Below, one piece after another: positions 18,752 to 28,544 of a DNA stretch of 34,726 nucleotides. How positions within the stretch are numbered: position 1 is the first letter of the stretch; every line of letters begins with the position of its first letter. The DNA comes from Candidatus Planktophila sp. Its GTDB lineage: Bacteria > Actinomycetota > Actinomycetes > Nanopelagicales > Nanopelagicaceae. A model generated the notes under the pieces. That model did no database searches and was not told where the DNA came from. It saw nothing but the letters and a program-made list of their open reading frames with translations. The position numbers were made by a program, and so were the translations under genes. The stretch spans positions 1 to 34,726 of the forward strand of contig JBIIGW010000001.1 in assembly GCA_044236295.1 (NCBI GenBank), in the 5' to 3' direction.

Positions 18752-19738
18752 TTACTTCTTGAACGCTGCCATATCAGCATCAACCATGAGTTCAGCTAGT
18801 TCTTTCCAATGGGTCTTTGCTTGCCATTTTAATTCGTTAATGACCTTTGAAGGGTCACCGATCAAGGAATCAACCTCAGTTGGGCGAATGTATTTCTGAT
18901 CAACCTCAACATGGTCTTCCCAATTCAAACCGACTCGCGCGAAGGAAGCCGCAGCAAAATCTTTAACAGTAGCACCAACGCCTGTGGCAACTACATAATC
19001 TGAAGGTTTGTCCTGCTGCAGCATTAACCACATGGATTCAACATACTCTTTCGCATAACCCCAGTCGCGGATGGCATCCAAATTACCTAAGTACAACTTC
19101 TTCTTTGACCCATTGGCGATTTCTGCTACTGCGCGCGTGATCTTGCGAGTCACGAAAGTCTCACCACGACGAGGAGACTCGTGATTAAACAAGATTCCGT
19201 TAGAGGCGTGCATTCCGTAGCCTTCGCGGTAATTAACCGTGCACCAGTAGGCCATCAACTTTGCTGCGGCATACGGACTGCGAGGCTTGAAAACACTTTC
19301 CTCGTTTTGAGGTGGTGGAGTAGACCCGAACAATTCAGATGTGCTTGCTTGGTAGAAACGTGTCTCAACTGCTGCCGATCGAATTGCTTCAAGTAGCCCA
19401 ACAGCTCCGACGGCATCAACTTGACCAGTGTATTGAGGCATAGAAAAAGAAACTTGAACATGTGATTGTGCGCCTAAATTATAAACTTCTGTTGGTTGGA
19501 TTTCGCGCACTAAGTTTGTGAGCCCAACACCGTCTATTAAATCTCCATAATGCAAAAATAATTTCGGATTTTTCTCATGTGGATCTTGGTAGATATGATC
19601 AATTCGTGCAGTATTAAAAGTCGAAGAACGACGAATTAATCCATGAACTTCATAATTCTTAGCAAGTAAAAACTCCGTAAGGTAAGAACCATCTTGGCCA
19701 GTTATTCCTGTGATTAAAGCTCTCTTCTTAGTAGCCAC
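18752..19738 (-). CDS. gmd: GDP-mannose 4,6-dehydratase
   Basis: [50 protein letters not shown]. Confidence 0.97.
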   Translation of the reverse strand: MATKKRALITGITGQDGSYLTEFLLAKNYEVHGLIRRSSTFNTARIDHIYQDPHEKNPKLFLHYGDLIDGVGLTNLVREIQPTEVYNLGAQSHVQVSFSMPQYTGQVDAVGAVGLLEAIRSAAVETRFYQASTSELFGSTPPPQNEESVFKPRSPYAAAKLMAYWCTVNYREGYGMHASNGILFNHESPRRGETFVTRKITRAVAEIANGSKKKLYLGNLDAIRDWGYAKEYVESMWLMLQQDKPSDYVVATGVGATVKDFAAASFARVGLNWEDHVEVDQKYIRPTEVDSLIGDPSKVINELKWQAKTHWKELAELMVDADMAAFKK

Positions 19739-20663
19739 GAACTTCCCCCTTAGCTAAAGCATCAACAAACCACGCGTAAGTCTGACGCAAACCGCCTTCG
19801 AGTTCTATTTGGTGTTTCCAACCATAAGAATGCGCTTTGCTTACATCAAGTAACTTTCGAGGTGTTCCATCAGGCTTAGATTTGTCATAAGTAATCCGGC
19901 CTTCAAATCCAACAACTTTTGCCATCAACTCAGCAAATGTCGAGATAGTTACATCTTCACCAGTACCGATGTTAATTAATTCACCACCAACATTTTGATC
20001 AAGCATGTGCCAGCATGCTCGCGCCAAATCATCCACATGCATGAATTCGCGGCGTGGCGTGCCAGTTCCCCAAACAATTACTTCTGGTTCATTGTTAATT
20101 TTTGCCTCGTGAAATTTCCGCATAAGCGCTGCAGGTACATGGCCGGCAAATTTGTCAAAATTGTCATTTGGACCATAAAGGTTTGTTGGCATGACTGAAA
20201 AAAAATTCAATCCATCTTGATCATGAATTGCCTTGCAAAGTCGAACTCCAGCGATCTTGGCTAAAGCATAGCCCTCATTAGTTGCCTCCAGTGGTCCCGT
20301 CAAAAGAGAGCTCTCATTGATTGGCTGTGGAGCAAATTTGGGATAAACACACGATGAGCCAAAAAATACCAATTGAGCGACTTTGGCCTCAGAAGCTGCT
20401 GTTAACACAGCATTTTGAATATTAAGGTTATCGACCAAGAATTCTTTTTGAAACTTGGAGTTCGCTCCAATCCCACCGACCTTTGCTGCGGCCAGCATAA
20501 CAATATCGGGCTTAGAAGCAAGAATAAACTTTTTAGTTGTCTTATCGTCTCGTAAGTCTAATTTGGAATGGTTAGGACTTATCACATTGAAGTTTGAGGG
20601 ACAATTTAACATTAGGGCTTTTCCTACCATTCCGGACGAGCCCAAAATTAGTGCCTTTTTCAT
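19728..20663 (-). CDS. fcl: GDP-L-fucose synthase
   Basis: [56 protein letters not shown]; ATG 20663 preferred over TTG 20669. Confidence 0.95.
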   Translation of the reverse strand: MKKALILGSSGMVGKALMLNCPSNFNVISPNHSKLDLRDDKTTKKFILASKPDIVMLAAAKVGGIGANSKFQKEFLVDNLNIQNAVLTAASEAKVAQLVFFGSSCVYPKFAPQPINESSLLTGPLEATNEGYALAKIAGVRLCKAIHDQDGLNFFSVMPTNLYGPNDNFDKFAGHVPAALMRKFHEAKINNEPEVIVWGTGTPRREFMHVDDLARACWHMLDQNVGGELINIGTGEDVTISTFAELMAKVVGFEGRITYDKSKPDGTPRKLLDVSKAHSYGWKHQIELEGGLRQTYAWFVDALAKGEVRGY

Positions 20664-20670
20664 TTTCAAA

Positions 20671-21468
20671 TTACTTTATTGCTTCCAGGTAAAGAGAACA
20701 CTTGCCTTTTCTTGGAAACCCCAATTCGTCTTTGTCAAGATGCACTAGGTCATATTTGGAATTGGTTGTGTTGAATGACTGACGAATTATATTTTTAAAA
20801 CCTGCATCAAATAAAAATTCTTTTAACGAAATTTCATCCCACATCCACAAATGAGCTTCACCCTTTGGTAACGAGTGCTTAGAACGACGAAGTCTTTGTC
20901 TCTTTTCGTTTATATTCTCTGACGAAAATTGCCAATTCCGTGGATTTAAATCATAAGCGGTTTCATGAAGTTCTATCGATTCTCCAACACGATTCCGAAT
21001 ATAAGCGTTGATTTCCGATGATTTGGTGGCGGGCCCCTTGTACCATTTTGCCATTATCCCACCAGATTCATCCCTTACTAATTGGTCCAATAATTCAACA
21101 GTCAACCATTCTCGTTTCCAAGAACGAGCCGGATCAAGTCTGCTTTCTTCTAGATTTTGTAAATAAGTTCTACAAATATCTTCAAGATCAGGCACGACCA
21201 CTCGAAAAACGCCATCGGTTTTCAGCACTCGATATATTTCTTTTGCTACTTTCATTGCTTCAATGGGCTTTACATGTTCAAGTACATGACTGAAGTAGAC
21301 GGCATCAATCGAAGATGAATTAAATGGTATACCTTTTAAAAAATTTATTACCTTGGTGTGGGGAGTTGTCTTATACAAATCAGCATTAATCCATCCTTCA
21401 ACGTAGGACGAACCACATCCCAAATTCAGTATTTGTTCCAAGGGCCTCTCCAGTTCGTTCCAGTACAT
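20671..21468 (-). CDS. Class I SAM-dependent methyltransferase
   Basis: LNLGCG...GWINAD, SHVLEH, EIYRVLK.DG...VVPDLE. Confidence 0.85.
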   Translation of the reverse strand: MYWNELERPLEQILNLGCGSSYVEGWINADLYKTTPHTKVINFLKGIPFNSSSIDAVYFSHVLEHVKPIEAMKVAKEIYRVLKTDGVFRVVVPDLEDICRTYLQNLEESRLDPARSWKREWLTVELLDQLVRDESGGIMAKWYKGPATKSSEINAYIRNRVGESIELHETAYDLNPRNWQFSSENINEKRQRLRRSKHSLPKGEAHLWMWDEISLKEFLFDAGFKNIIRQSFNTTNSKYDLVHLDKDELGFPRKGKCSLYLEAIK

Positions 21469-21561
21469 GATCGTACTTTATTCAACTAAAAATTGATGGA
21501 ACTGTCGAAGATTTCGTGCCGATTTAATCAAGTTTATCAAAAGAAAAAGTTATCCTTTGGT

Positions 21562-22611
21562 ATGGGTATTCAATTAATGATTGTTGAATGGGTTGCAGCC
21601 AGTGAAAGGCATGGTCATTTTTCATCTTTTCATCGGATGGCTGTTCAGGCGGCAATCAAAAGCAATCTGCGTTTTGTTTCTGTTGCACTGATTGGCAAAT
21701 CAGAACATGAAAAACTCTTACACTTGAAAGAACTTATCGAATTGCACAAGCCTTCTCACATATATTTCGAATGGGTACATGACTTTGAAAATCTTTTGTT
21801 AACTGTGGATAATCTTGTTCGCGAAAATTCTGCGACTTGGACTTCAACTGGCTCACTGGGGCGAGCCTTTCGATATCAGTTACATGATTTGGATTTAAAG
21901 GCGAAAAATCTATTTTTACTCGGCCGTTTAGCATTGTGCTATAAGTTCCAAACTTTTTTAGGTCTTTCAATTTTTGATGAGTTTCTAGTTCTTAAATATG
22001 AGAAGAAGTTCCCTTGGTTGAAAGGTCTACCAGATGCTGAAGATTGGGTTTTGGCACCGAGTTGCGAATTTTGCCTATCAACTTTTAATTCCACTAAACC
22101 AATAATTGGTATTGCCGGTTCGTTGAGAGGTTACCGTGGGAGTGAAAAACTTGTAGAAATTTGGAACAAGAGTCGAGAGTTTAGGCTTGGATTATTCGGT
22201 AAGTACTTTCCAGAAACTCACTCTTTAAAAATTAATAAGCTTGTACTCAAGCAACTCAAAGGTTCGGAACACCTGCTGGTATTAAATGAAATTGAAGACA
22301 GTCGACTACTGAATCACTATATTTCGCACTTGGATGCTCTTTACATAGATACAGAACGATATCCAGAACCAAGTGGAATAGCATTTAGGGCGCTTCGTCA
22401 AGGCAAGACATTAATTATAGAGGATGCTGATTCATATCTCAATGACTTAAGTGAGTCACAGGGTCAAATCATATTGAGTGATATTTTGAGAAGGCCACGG
22501 GCGGAGCTGTCAGACAAAATATCCAAAGTAAGCGTTAGTAAAGTACCTTTTAACTTTCCAGATGAAAGTGACGTATTGAGGGCTTATACAGAACTTTGGG
22601 GAGTTTTATGA
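21562..22611 (+). CDS. Divergent GT-B-fold glycosyltransferase-like protein
   Basis: N-terminal GH motif (HGHFSSF), IIGIAGSLRGYRG, PSGIAFRALRQGK; island context. Start uncertain (21493/21562/21577); 21562 chosen for TATCCT 5 nt upstream. Confidence 0.55.
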   Translation: MGIQLMIVEWVAASERHGHFSSFHRMAVQAAIKSNLRFVSVALIGKSEHEKLLHLKELIELHKPSHIYFEWVHDFENLLLTVDNLVRENSATWTSTGSLGRAFRYQLHDLDLKAKNLFLLGRLALCYKFQTFLGLSIFDEFLVLKYEKKFPWLKGLPDAEDWVLAPSCEFCLSTFNSTKPIIGIAGSLRGYRGSEKLVEIWNKSREFRLGLFGKYFPETHSLKINKLVLKQLKGSEHLLVLNEIEDSRLLNHYISHLDALYIDTERYPEPSGIAFRALRQGKTLIIEDADSYLNDLSESQGQIILSDILRRPRAELSDKISKVSVSKVPFNFPDESDVLRAYTELWGVL

Positions 22612-23603
22612 TGAAAGCACCCGTTCTAATCATCGCCTATCAACGGTTTGACTTTCTGAGTAATATTTTGAATTCCGGATTAATAGATAGACGCAAGATC
22701 TATATTCATATCGATGGACCCGCATCGGACAGTGTGATTTTGGAAGTAATGGAAACAATTCGTATTGTTGAAAATTTTTCACAAACGAATGAGAACGTGA
22801 AGATTTTGATTCAAGAACAGAATTTAGGGGTTAAGCGCGGGCCTATTGCCGCGATAGATTGGATTTTTAGTCATGAAGAGACTGCAATCATCATCGAAGA
22901 AGATATCGTAATCACAAATGCATTTTTAGAATTTTGCGATTGGGGTCTTGATGCGTTTGCTGCGAAGACCGACATTTGGCAAATAAACGGTTGGACACCT
23001 ATAGATTTGTTGGACCGACAAGGTTTTCCTTATTTGTGCATCTATTCTCACATTTGGGGTTGGGCTACTTGGAGAAATCGTTGGTGGATTCATGATCGTA
23101 ATCTTGAATGGTGGTCGCCAGGCCTACTTGAAAACAATCCTTTGCTTCAAGGGTGGGCCGCAGTTCCTCAATTTGCACATTATTGGAATGCTAGAGTTGA
23201 GGAGGTTTTGGCTGGAAGCCAAACGTGGGACGTTGCTTGGTTCATATCGGGACTCATTCTAGGTTGTTCTGCAGTTTCCCCAGCCGAACGTTTAACTGGA
23301 AATATTGGGTTTGACGATAGGGCTTCGCACACGGCTGGTATAAATAGTCCTTCGTACACTCTTCTTCCTTCTAAAACCGTTTCCTTTAGCCCAATGCTCT
23401 CATCGTCTTTAATAGATTATGAGGCGACTTTGCTTCATAACCAGCGTGCTTTCCACATAATGAATTCTCCGATTCTCGATAGAATTCATCATAATCGTCA
23501 TCCATTTCATCTTATTAGTACCGTAATACGTCGGATACTTCCTAAACAGGTGAAACGTTTTCTCAGGTTTATACTTTCAAGATTGGATAAAAATGAAAAG
23601 TGA
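22608..23603 (+). CDS. GT-A fold nucleotide-sugar transferase (HlpA-like)
   Basis: APVLIIAYQR, IHIDGP, NLG...AIDWIF, IIIEEDI, WGWATW; ATGA overlap at 22608. Confidence 0.75.
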   Translation: MMKAPVLIIAYQRFDFLSNILNSGLIDRRKIYIHIDGPASDSVILEVMETIRIVENFSQTNENVKILIQEQNLGVKRGPIAAIDWIFSHEETAIIIEEDIVITNAFLEFCDWGLDAFAAKTDIWQINGWTPIDLLDRQGFPYLCIYSHIWGWATWRNRWWIHDRNLEWWSPGLLENNPLLQGWAAVPQFAHYWNARVEEVLAGSQTWDVAWFISGLILGCSAVSPAERLTGNIGFDDRASHTAGINSPSYTLLPSKTVSFSPMLSSSLIDYEATLLHNQRAFHIMNSPILDRIHHNRHPFHLISTVIRRILPKQVKRFLRFILSRLDKNEK

Positions 23604-24516
23604 AAAATGGTATTCCGTAAACGAACTTAAAGGATGTCCACTTTGTTTGTCCGATATCCCAGCTTTTCACTTGTCAACTTCGAGCGCTGAGGCTATTACA
23701 AATGTTTATAGGAACTTAGTTCCTGAATTTATCTCGGAACATGCGACCCGGCTTTACAATTGCCAAAAATGTGATTTATATTTTTATAGTCCGCAACTAA
23801 TCGGTAGTTCCCGTTTGTATAGCGAGCTACGTAAGCATGACTGGTACTACATGGCCTCAAAGCCGGAATATCAAATTGCCGCGGAGCGCCTCCCGATCAA
23901 GGGAAGTATTCTTGAATTTGGCGCAGGATCCGGTGAATTTCGAAAATATCTAGGGAGTGAAGTTGAATACGCTGGGACTGAGTTGGCTCCAGATAAAGAA
24001 TTACGTTCGCTTGGGATAACGATCGAATCAGAGATTGATTCTAGAACATTTGAAGCGGTGATCTCATTTCAATTTATGGAGCATATTTCAAATATTCGAG
24101 AAAGTTTGGAAAGGCAGTGGTCTTATTTGCGACCAGGAGGGGTACTTATGTTTGCGGTGCCTTCATTCGACGGCTTTCTCAGGTATGCGCATGAATCTGC
24201 ACTGAACCACCCTCCACATCATTTGTCACTTTGGACAGATGATTGTTTATCGTTCATTTCAAATAATATTTTGATTGGCAGTCAATTGGAGCTTGTTCAT
24301 GAAAAAGTTGCAGAATTTCATAAAAATTGGGCGAATGCCGAAATGCTATTTGGTCTTTTACGCAGAATTTTCCGGATTCCCAACGAAATGATTTATTGGA
24401 CAAAGCGTTCAACTATTGCTTGGAAGTTTGCAATTTTTATTACGAGGTACTTTCCTTTAACGTTAACAAGAAGAGGTCACACGGTAATCGCCATATACCG
24501 GAAAGCTGAAAGATGA
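23593..24516 (+). CDS. Class I SAM-dependent methyltransferase with N-terminal Cys4 zinc ribbon
   Basis: CPLC...CQKC, LEFGAGSG, FQFMEHI, LRPGG, PPHHL. Confidence 0.82.
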   Translation: MKSEKWYSVNELKGCPLCLSDIPAFHLSTSSAEAITNVYRNLVPEFISEHATRLYNCQKCDLYFYSPQLIGSSRLYSELRKHDWYYMASKPEYQIAAERLPIKGSILEFGAGSGEFRKYLGSEVEYAGTELAPDKELRSLGITIESEIDSRTFEAVISFQFMEHISNIRESLERQWSYLRPGGVLMFAVPSFDGFLRYAHESALNHPPHHLSLWTDDCLSFISNNILIGSQLELVHEKVAEFHKNWANAEMLFGLLRRIFRIPNEMIYWTKRSTIAWKFAIFITRYFPLTLTRRGHTVIAIYRKAER

Positions 24517-25694
24517 AAAAAGTTGGATTACTGGGGTATTCAAATCATTCAGGAGGAGCTGCCAGAGCTCTAGGGCGATGGGAAGAACTTCTTTTAACAT
24601 CAACAAGGATTCAAGCGATTCAAATCTACTTCGATGAATATTGCAATCATTCGAAGGCTTTTGCGGTCTACTGGGATAAAGCCGGATCGATAAAAATAAA
24701 CCAATTGCAAGCCAAACTGGGTGGTAAATTTGGATTAACAGATGGCGGAAACATGTCGATGAATATATTTCCAACATTTTTTGGACAGTCTTTGCAAAAT
24801 ATTGATGTGGATGTGTGGAACGTACATTGGTTCCATGGTGAAATGCTCTCGATTCGACAATTAGCACAACTTAAGAAGCCGATAATTTGGACACTTCATG
24901 ATCCCTGGCTCATCAATGGCATTGGACATTATCCGCAGGAGATGTTGCCAGGAGTAGTTGGTCAGTTTCATAAGCTACTAAATATGTTTGTGATAAAGAA
25001 TAAACGAAAACTATTTAGATCCGATGATGGGTATATTTCACCCTCTGACTGGTTAGGTAATTTACTTATTGATTATGGTATTAAACAAGATAAAATTAAA
25101 GTTATTCCGAATCCCATTCCTTTCAGAAGATTCAATCCGATAGATAGTCAGATTGCAAAGAAAACTCTCAAAATTAGCCCAACAGCGAGAACCATACTTT
25201 TTGGGGCAGACTCACGAATCAATGATAAGCGGAAAGGTATAGACCTTGGGCTTGAACTTCTCAATCACATCGACGATAAATCCAATGCAGAAATCCTAAC
25301 TTTTGGCCATGACGTTGAATACCTAAAATTTCCAATAAAACGCCGGCACGTGGGGTATATAAAAGACGATGAGGATCTTGCGCTTATATATTCTGCAGCA
25401 GACCTAACTTTAGTACCATCCCGAATCGATAATCTTCCACAAGTGATGACTGAAAGTTTATCTTGTGGGACTAAAGTTTACGGTTTTCGAGTTGGTGGAA
25501 TCGAAACAACACTTAAAGGTGAATTTGGATATCTTGGTGACTTCAACGACATGGTGCGTTCAGGCCGCGAGTTTAATCAAATTTTGACTTCTGATTTATC
25601 TTCTAGCCGTGTAAATACAATGCTTAAGGCTCGTAAAATATGGAATCCTGACGTGATTTTGAAATCTTATGAAGAATTTATTGAAACTTTCTAA
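24513..25694 (+). CDS. GT4 glycosyltransferase (WcaC-like)
   Basis: GGAARA, KPIIWTLHDPW, KRKG, YSAADLTLVPSRIDNLPQVMTESLSCGT. Confidence 0.85.
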   Translation: MKKVGLLGYSNHSGGAARALGRWEELLLTSTRIQAIQIYFDEYCNHSKAFAVYWDKAGSIKINQLQAKLGGKFGLTDGGNMSMNIFPTFFGQSLQNIDVDVWNVHWFHGEMLSIRQLAQLKKPIIWTLHDPWLINGIGHYPQEMLPGVVGQFHKLLNMFVIKNKRKLFRSDDGYISPSDWLGNLLIDYGIKQDKIKVIPNPIPFRRFNPIDSQIAKKTLKISPTARTILFGADSRINDKRKGIDLGLELLNHIDDKSNAEILTFGHDVEYLKFPIKRRHVGYIKDDEDLALIYSAADLTLVPSRIDNLPQVMTESLSCGTKVYGFRVGGIETTLKGEFGYLGDFNDMVRSGREFNQILTSDLSSSRVNTMLKARKIWNPDVILKSYEEFIETF

Positions 25695-25709
25695 CTGGCT
25701 CGATACTAA

Positions 25710-26483
25710 ATGAATAAATTTTCCCAGCTTCCGTTGAGTATTATTACAATTCACAAAGGTGACTTTTCAAAATTATTAAAAACGGGTCAATCTTTGAAAA
25801 ATATTCAAAGTATTTCATCAGAGTTTGAATGGGTAATCATCACTGATGAAACTGTTTTGTTGGAAGATTTTAATCAATTCCCCCCGGCGATTAACATTCG
25901 ATTAGTATCAGTAAGGGACTCCGGACCATTCGATGCGATGAATAAATCGATTGAACACGCTCGTGGGAAAGTTATAAATTTTCTCAATTCTGGTGATCAG
26001 ATATCTCCAAATGTTGATGGCCTAAAATTAAAGAGTGAAGTAATCCAAGAGGACTTTAATTGGGGTGTGGCCAAGGCAACTTACGTCACGAATTCCGGGC
26101 TGAAGTCGTGGAAAATGCCTACTTCTGGCTCGTGGAAGTTCAAATGGTGTTTGAACTCGTACTGCCATCAGGCTACTTTCTACAATAAAACTTTTTTAGC
26201 TGATTCTGGTAAATTTAGTTTAAGTTCAATGGTTGCGGACTGGGAAATGTCTGTTGTGCTAAATAGTTTTTCTTTGCCACTCCAAGTGGAAGTCACATAT
26301 TGTATTTATGAGGGTGGCGGGTTGAGTAGTCATCCAAAACTTTATGAGTGGATGAAAAACGTACTTGCGGCAAGGAGGAGACAGGGAATAGGATTCTTTG
26401 TTTCAGATTTTTGCTCTGCTGCTCTAATATTTTTTTATCTTGGTATTCGGCGAATATTTATCAGGAGAATAGAAAAGTTATGA
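25710..26483 (+). CDS. GT2 glycosyltransferase (WcaE-like), candidate fucosyltransferase
   Basis: DSGPFDAMNK, FLNSGD, CHQA, ADWE, GGLSS motifs of the WcaE-like GT2 group. Confidence 0.8.
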   Translation: MNKFSQLPLSIITIHKGDFSKLLKTGQSLKNIQSISSEFEWVIITDETVLLEDFNQFPPAINIRLVSVRDSGPFDAMNKSIEHARGKVINFLNSGDQISPNVDGLKLKSEVIQEDFNWGVAKATYVTNSGLKSWKMPTSGSWKFKWCLNSYCHQATFYNKTFLADSGKFSLSSMVADWEMSVVLNSFSLPLQVEVTYCIYEGGGLSSHPKLYEWMKNVLAARRRQGIGFFVSDFCSAALIFFYLGIRRIFIRRIEKL

Positions 26484-27499
26484 TTAACGTGGGACTTGTC
26501 TATTTGGGCCGAAAAGGTGGGGGTGCTCTTTTAGCGAATCAAATTATATTGGACGGTTTTGCCCGGGGAGTGAATTACGCAAGCATTACTCACCATGCGA
26601 AAAACAATAATATTGAGGACTTAGGTAAATCCTGGAACTTAATCAGTTTCAGTGAGCTACCAGGTTTTTTCGGCTACTTAACTCGACCACTATCGATTCG
26701 TTTGTTATCAGCGAGAGTTCAATCTGATCTGGAAAAGCGAGGAATTACTCAAGTGCTGTTTCCAATGATGAGCCCATTTGATTATGTTATTGCAAGACAT
26801 TTACGAGGAAAGGGCTTTCGCGTAATTCGTGTCATTCACGACGGGCATCCCCATTTGGGTGAGCGGTGGCCAACTTCAAAGGCGATAATGCGAGCTATTG
26901 AACAATCTGACGTCGTACTTGTTCTTAGCGAATTCGTTAAGAATCAAATTAGACCCTCTGGATCGATAGTAGTTGATTTTCCTAAGTATATTCCGAAGCA
27001 ATCTGGATATTTGAAGAAACCACTTCAAGTGTGTTTAGTTGGTAGAAAAGCCAAATACAAAGGATTTGATTTAGGATTAAGTGCCTTTAGGCAAATGAGC
27101 ACTCCTGGATCAAATTTAATTATTGCGGGCGAAGCCGCTGAGGATTTTGTGAACTTAGATCAGAATGAAAATATTTCAGTTATCCCAGGTTGGCAAACAG
27201 ATGTTGAGCTCGAACGAACAATAGCGGAATCTGAAGTTTTACTCTTGCCTTACTTGGAAGCAACTCAATCTGGTTTAATCGAAATCGCAAAAAGCTTTGG
27301 TACATTTGTAATTGTTACACCCGTGGGTGGCTTACAAGAGCAGATTTGTTCAAATTCTTATGGCTTGATCAGCAACAAAATAGAGTCGCAATCCCTTGCC
27401 CAGGCCTTGGATCAGTTTTTTGAGAAAAAAATTACTTTTAGATCAGAAAGCCAGTATGGCAAGTTACAGATTAACGATTTTATGCTAATTAATTCCTAG
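26480..27499 (+). CDS. GT4 glycosyltransferase
   Basis: GRKGGG, IHDGHPHLGE, GRKAKYKG, LLPYLEATQSG, VTPVGGL; start placed at the ATGA overlap 26480 rather than 26348. Confidence 0.82.
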   Translation: MINVGLVYLGRKGGGALLANQIILDGFARGVNYASITHHAKNNNIEDLGKSWNLISFSELPGFFGYLTRPLSIRLLSARVQSDLEKRGITQVLFPMMSPFDYVIARHLRGKGFRVIRVIHDGHPHLGERWPTSKAIMRAIEQSDVVLVLSEFVKNQIRPSGSIVVDFPKYIPKQSGYLKKPLQVCLVGRKAKYKGFDLGLSAFRQMSTPGSNLIIAGEAAEDFVNLDQNENISVIPGWQTDVELERTIAESEVLLLPYLEATQSGLIEIAKSFGTFVIVTPVGGLQEQICSNSYGLISNKIESQSLAQALDQFFEKKITFRSESQYGKLQINDFMLINS

Positions 27500-28089
27500 C
27501 CGATATGACAATTATCGTATCTAACATGTGAATTGGGATGACCTCCACTACAACAAAGTGTTCCAAGCACATGCTCATCTACTTGCGAATAGTTCAAAAC
27601 CACGAACAAGAGTTATAATTTCCACATTATCTCCTCAGCGCAAGCTTGTATTTGTTTCGCCATTGGTGGAGTTCAGGCCGAAACTGCCACCTTTGATGAA
27701 TATTTTTATGAGTAATTGGATCGAAGTTGAGTTCTTTGAGTGGAGGGTTCGGAGAGCCCTAGCGCTGGCTATTTATGGTTTTTAGGGACTCGCTGCTACG
27801 TCGAGGGCGATCGTGAAATTCTGATCTTATGTCGTCAAATTTCGGCTGATGGTGCGGTGACACAGCCAGCTACTTCAATAAGCAATTAAGATGAAATTTA
27901 GCATGTCTTCGTATTCAATTAATGATCTTGGAAGCGATATGAGCTTTACTCTGTTGTTAAGAGTGTTGTTGTCGCGTCACATTATTGAAAAATCGAAAAT
28001 TGTTTATTCTGATGCGAAGTTGTATTTGAGAAATTAATAATTTTCATACGTTATTCTCAGCGTTTGCACGTCAGAGTTCATAACCACTG

Positions 28090-28163
28090 TGGCTTGGGCC
28101 GGGATCGAACCGGCGACCTAACGATTTTCAGTCGTTCGCTCGTACCAACTGAGCTACCAAGCC
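28090..28163 (-). tRNA. tRNA-Phe(GAA)
   Basis: Reverse complement GGCTTGGTAGCTCAGTTGGTACGAGCGAACGACTGAAAATCGTTAGGTCGCCGGTTCGATCCCGGCCCAAGCCA; cloverleaf, anticodon GAA; CCA not encoded. Confidence 0.96.
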
Positions 28164-28240
28164 AACAAAGATTTTGCTAATGGTTGCCCACGAGTACGCG
28201 CAATACACAAATAAATTTGCATACAACACCAAAACCTTTG

Positions 28241-28314
28241 CGACCCGGACGGGACTTGAACCCGCGACCTCCGCCGTGACAGGGCGGCGCGCTAACCAAC
28301 TGCGCTACCGGGCC
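28241..28314 (-). tRNA. tRNA-Asp(GTC)
   Basis: Reverse complement GGCCCGGTAGCGCAGTTGGTTAGCGCGCCGCCCTGTCACGGCGGAGGTCGCGGGTTCAAGTCCCGTCCGGGTCG; anticodon GTC. Confidence 0.96.
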
Positions 28315-28421
28315 TTAAGAATTGTTAATTAAACATAAGTGGCTCTTATGTCACCTTAAAGCCTGAACTACTGCAAATTACTTTGCATTTACAACTGTAA
28401 ATCTTTTACTGCGGTACTGCG

Positions 28422-28494
28422 TGCCCCCAACGGGATTCGAACCCGTGTTACCGCCGTGAAAGGGCGATGTCCTAGGCCCCTAGACGATGGGGAC
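28422..28494 (-). tRNA. tRNA-Glu(TTC)
   Basis: Reverse complement GTCCCCATCGTCTAGGGGCCTAGGACATCGCCCTTTCACGGCGGTAACACGGGTTCGAATCCCGTTGGGGGCA; anticodon TTC. Confidence 0.96.
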
Positions 28495-28509
28495 GTACGA
28501 GGCTCGCCA

Positions 28510-28515
28510 ATCTTA
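28510..28515 (-). promoter_or_regulatory. -10 element of the tRNA Glu-Asp-Phe operon
   Basis: TAAGAT on the minus strand, 15 nt upstream of the mature tRNA-Glu 5' end. Confidence 0.5.
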
Positions 28516-28544
28516 CCTGCCAATAAGCAGGCGACCAAACCCGC

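Larger units (their letters stand above)
18752..28089. other. Cell-surface glycan modification island (no integrase)
   Basis: Cluster of gmd/fcl, GTs and methyltransferases; visibly more AT-rich with different codon usage, especially 20671-28080; bounded by the tRNA-Phe 3' end. Confidence 0.75.

Noticed and set aside
26348-26479. N-terminal extensions in the ORF track (also 21493, 22596, 29292, 30464)
   Set aside because: ATGA overlaps, leaderless -10 positions or lipoprotein signal geometry favour the downstream starts.
27528-27785. 85 aa ORF after the last glycosyltransferase
   Set aside because: GTG start, no motif, no SD; not supportable as a CDS.
28088-28494. tRNAs lacking encoded CCA as pseudogenes
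   Set aside because: Cloverleaves are intact, and post-transcriptional CCA addition is normal in Actinobacteria.
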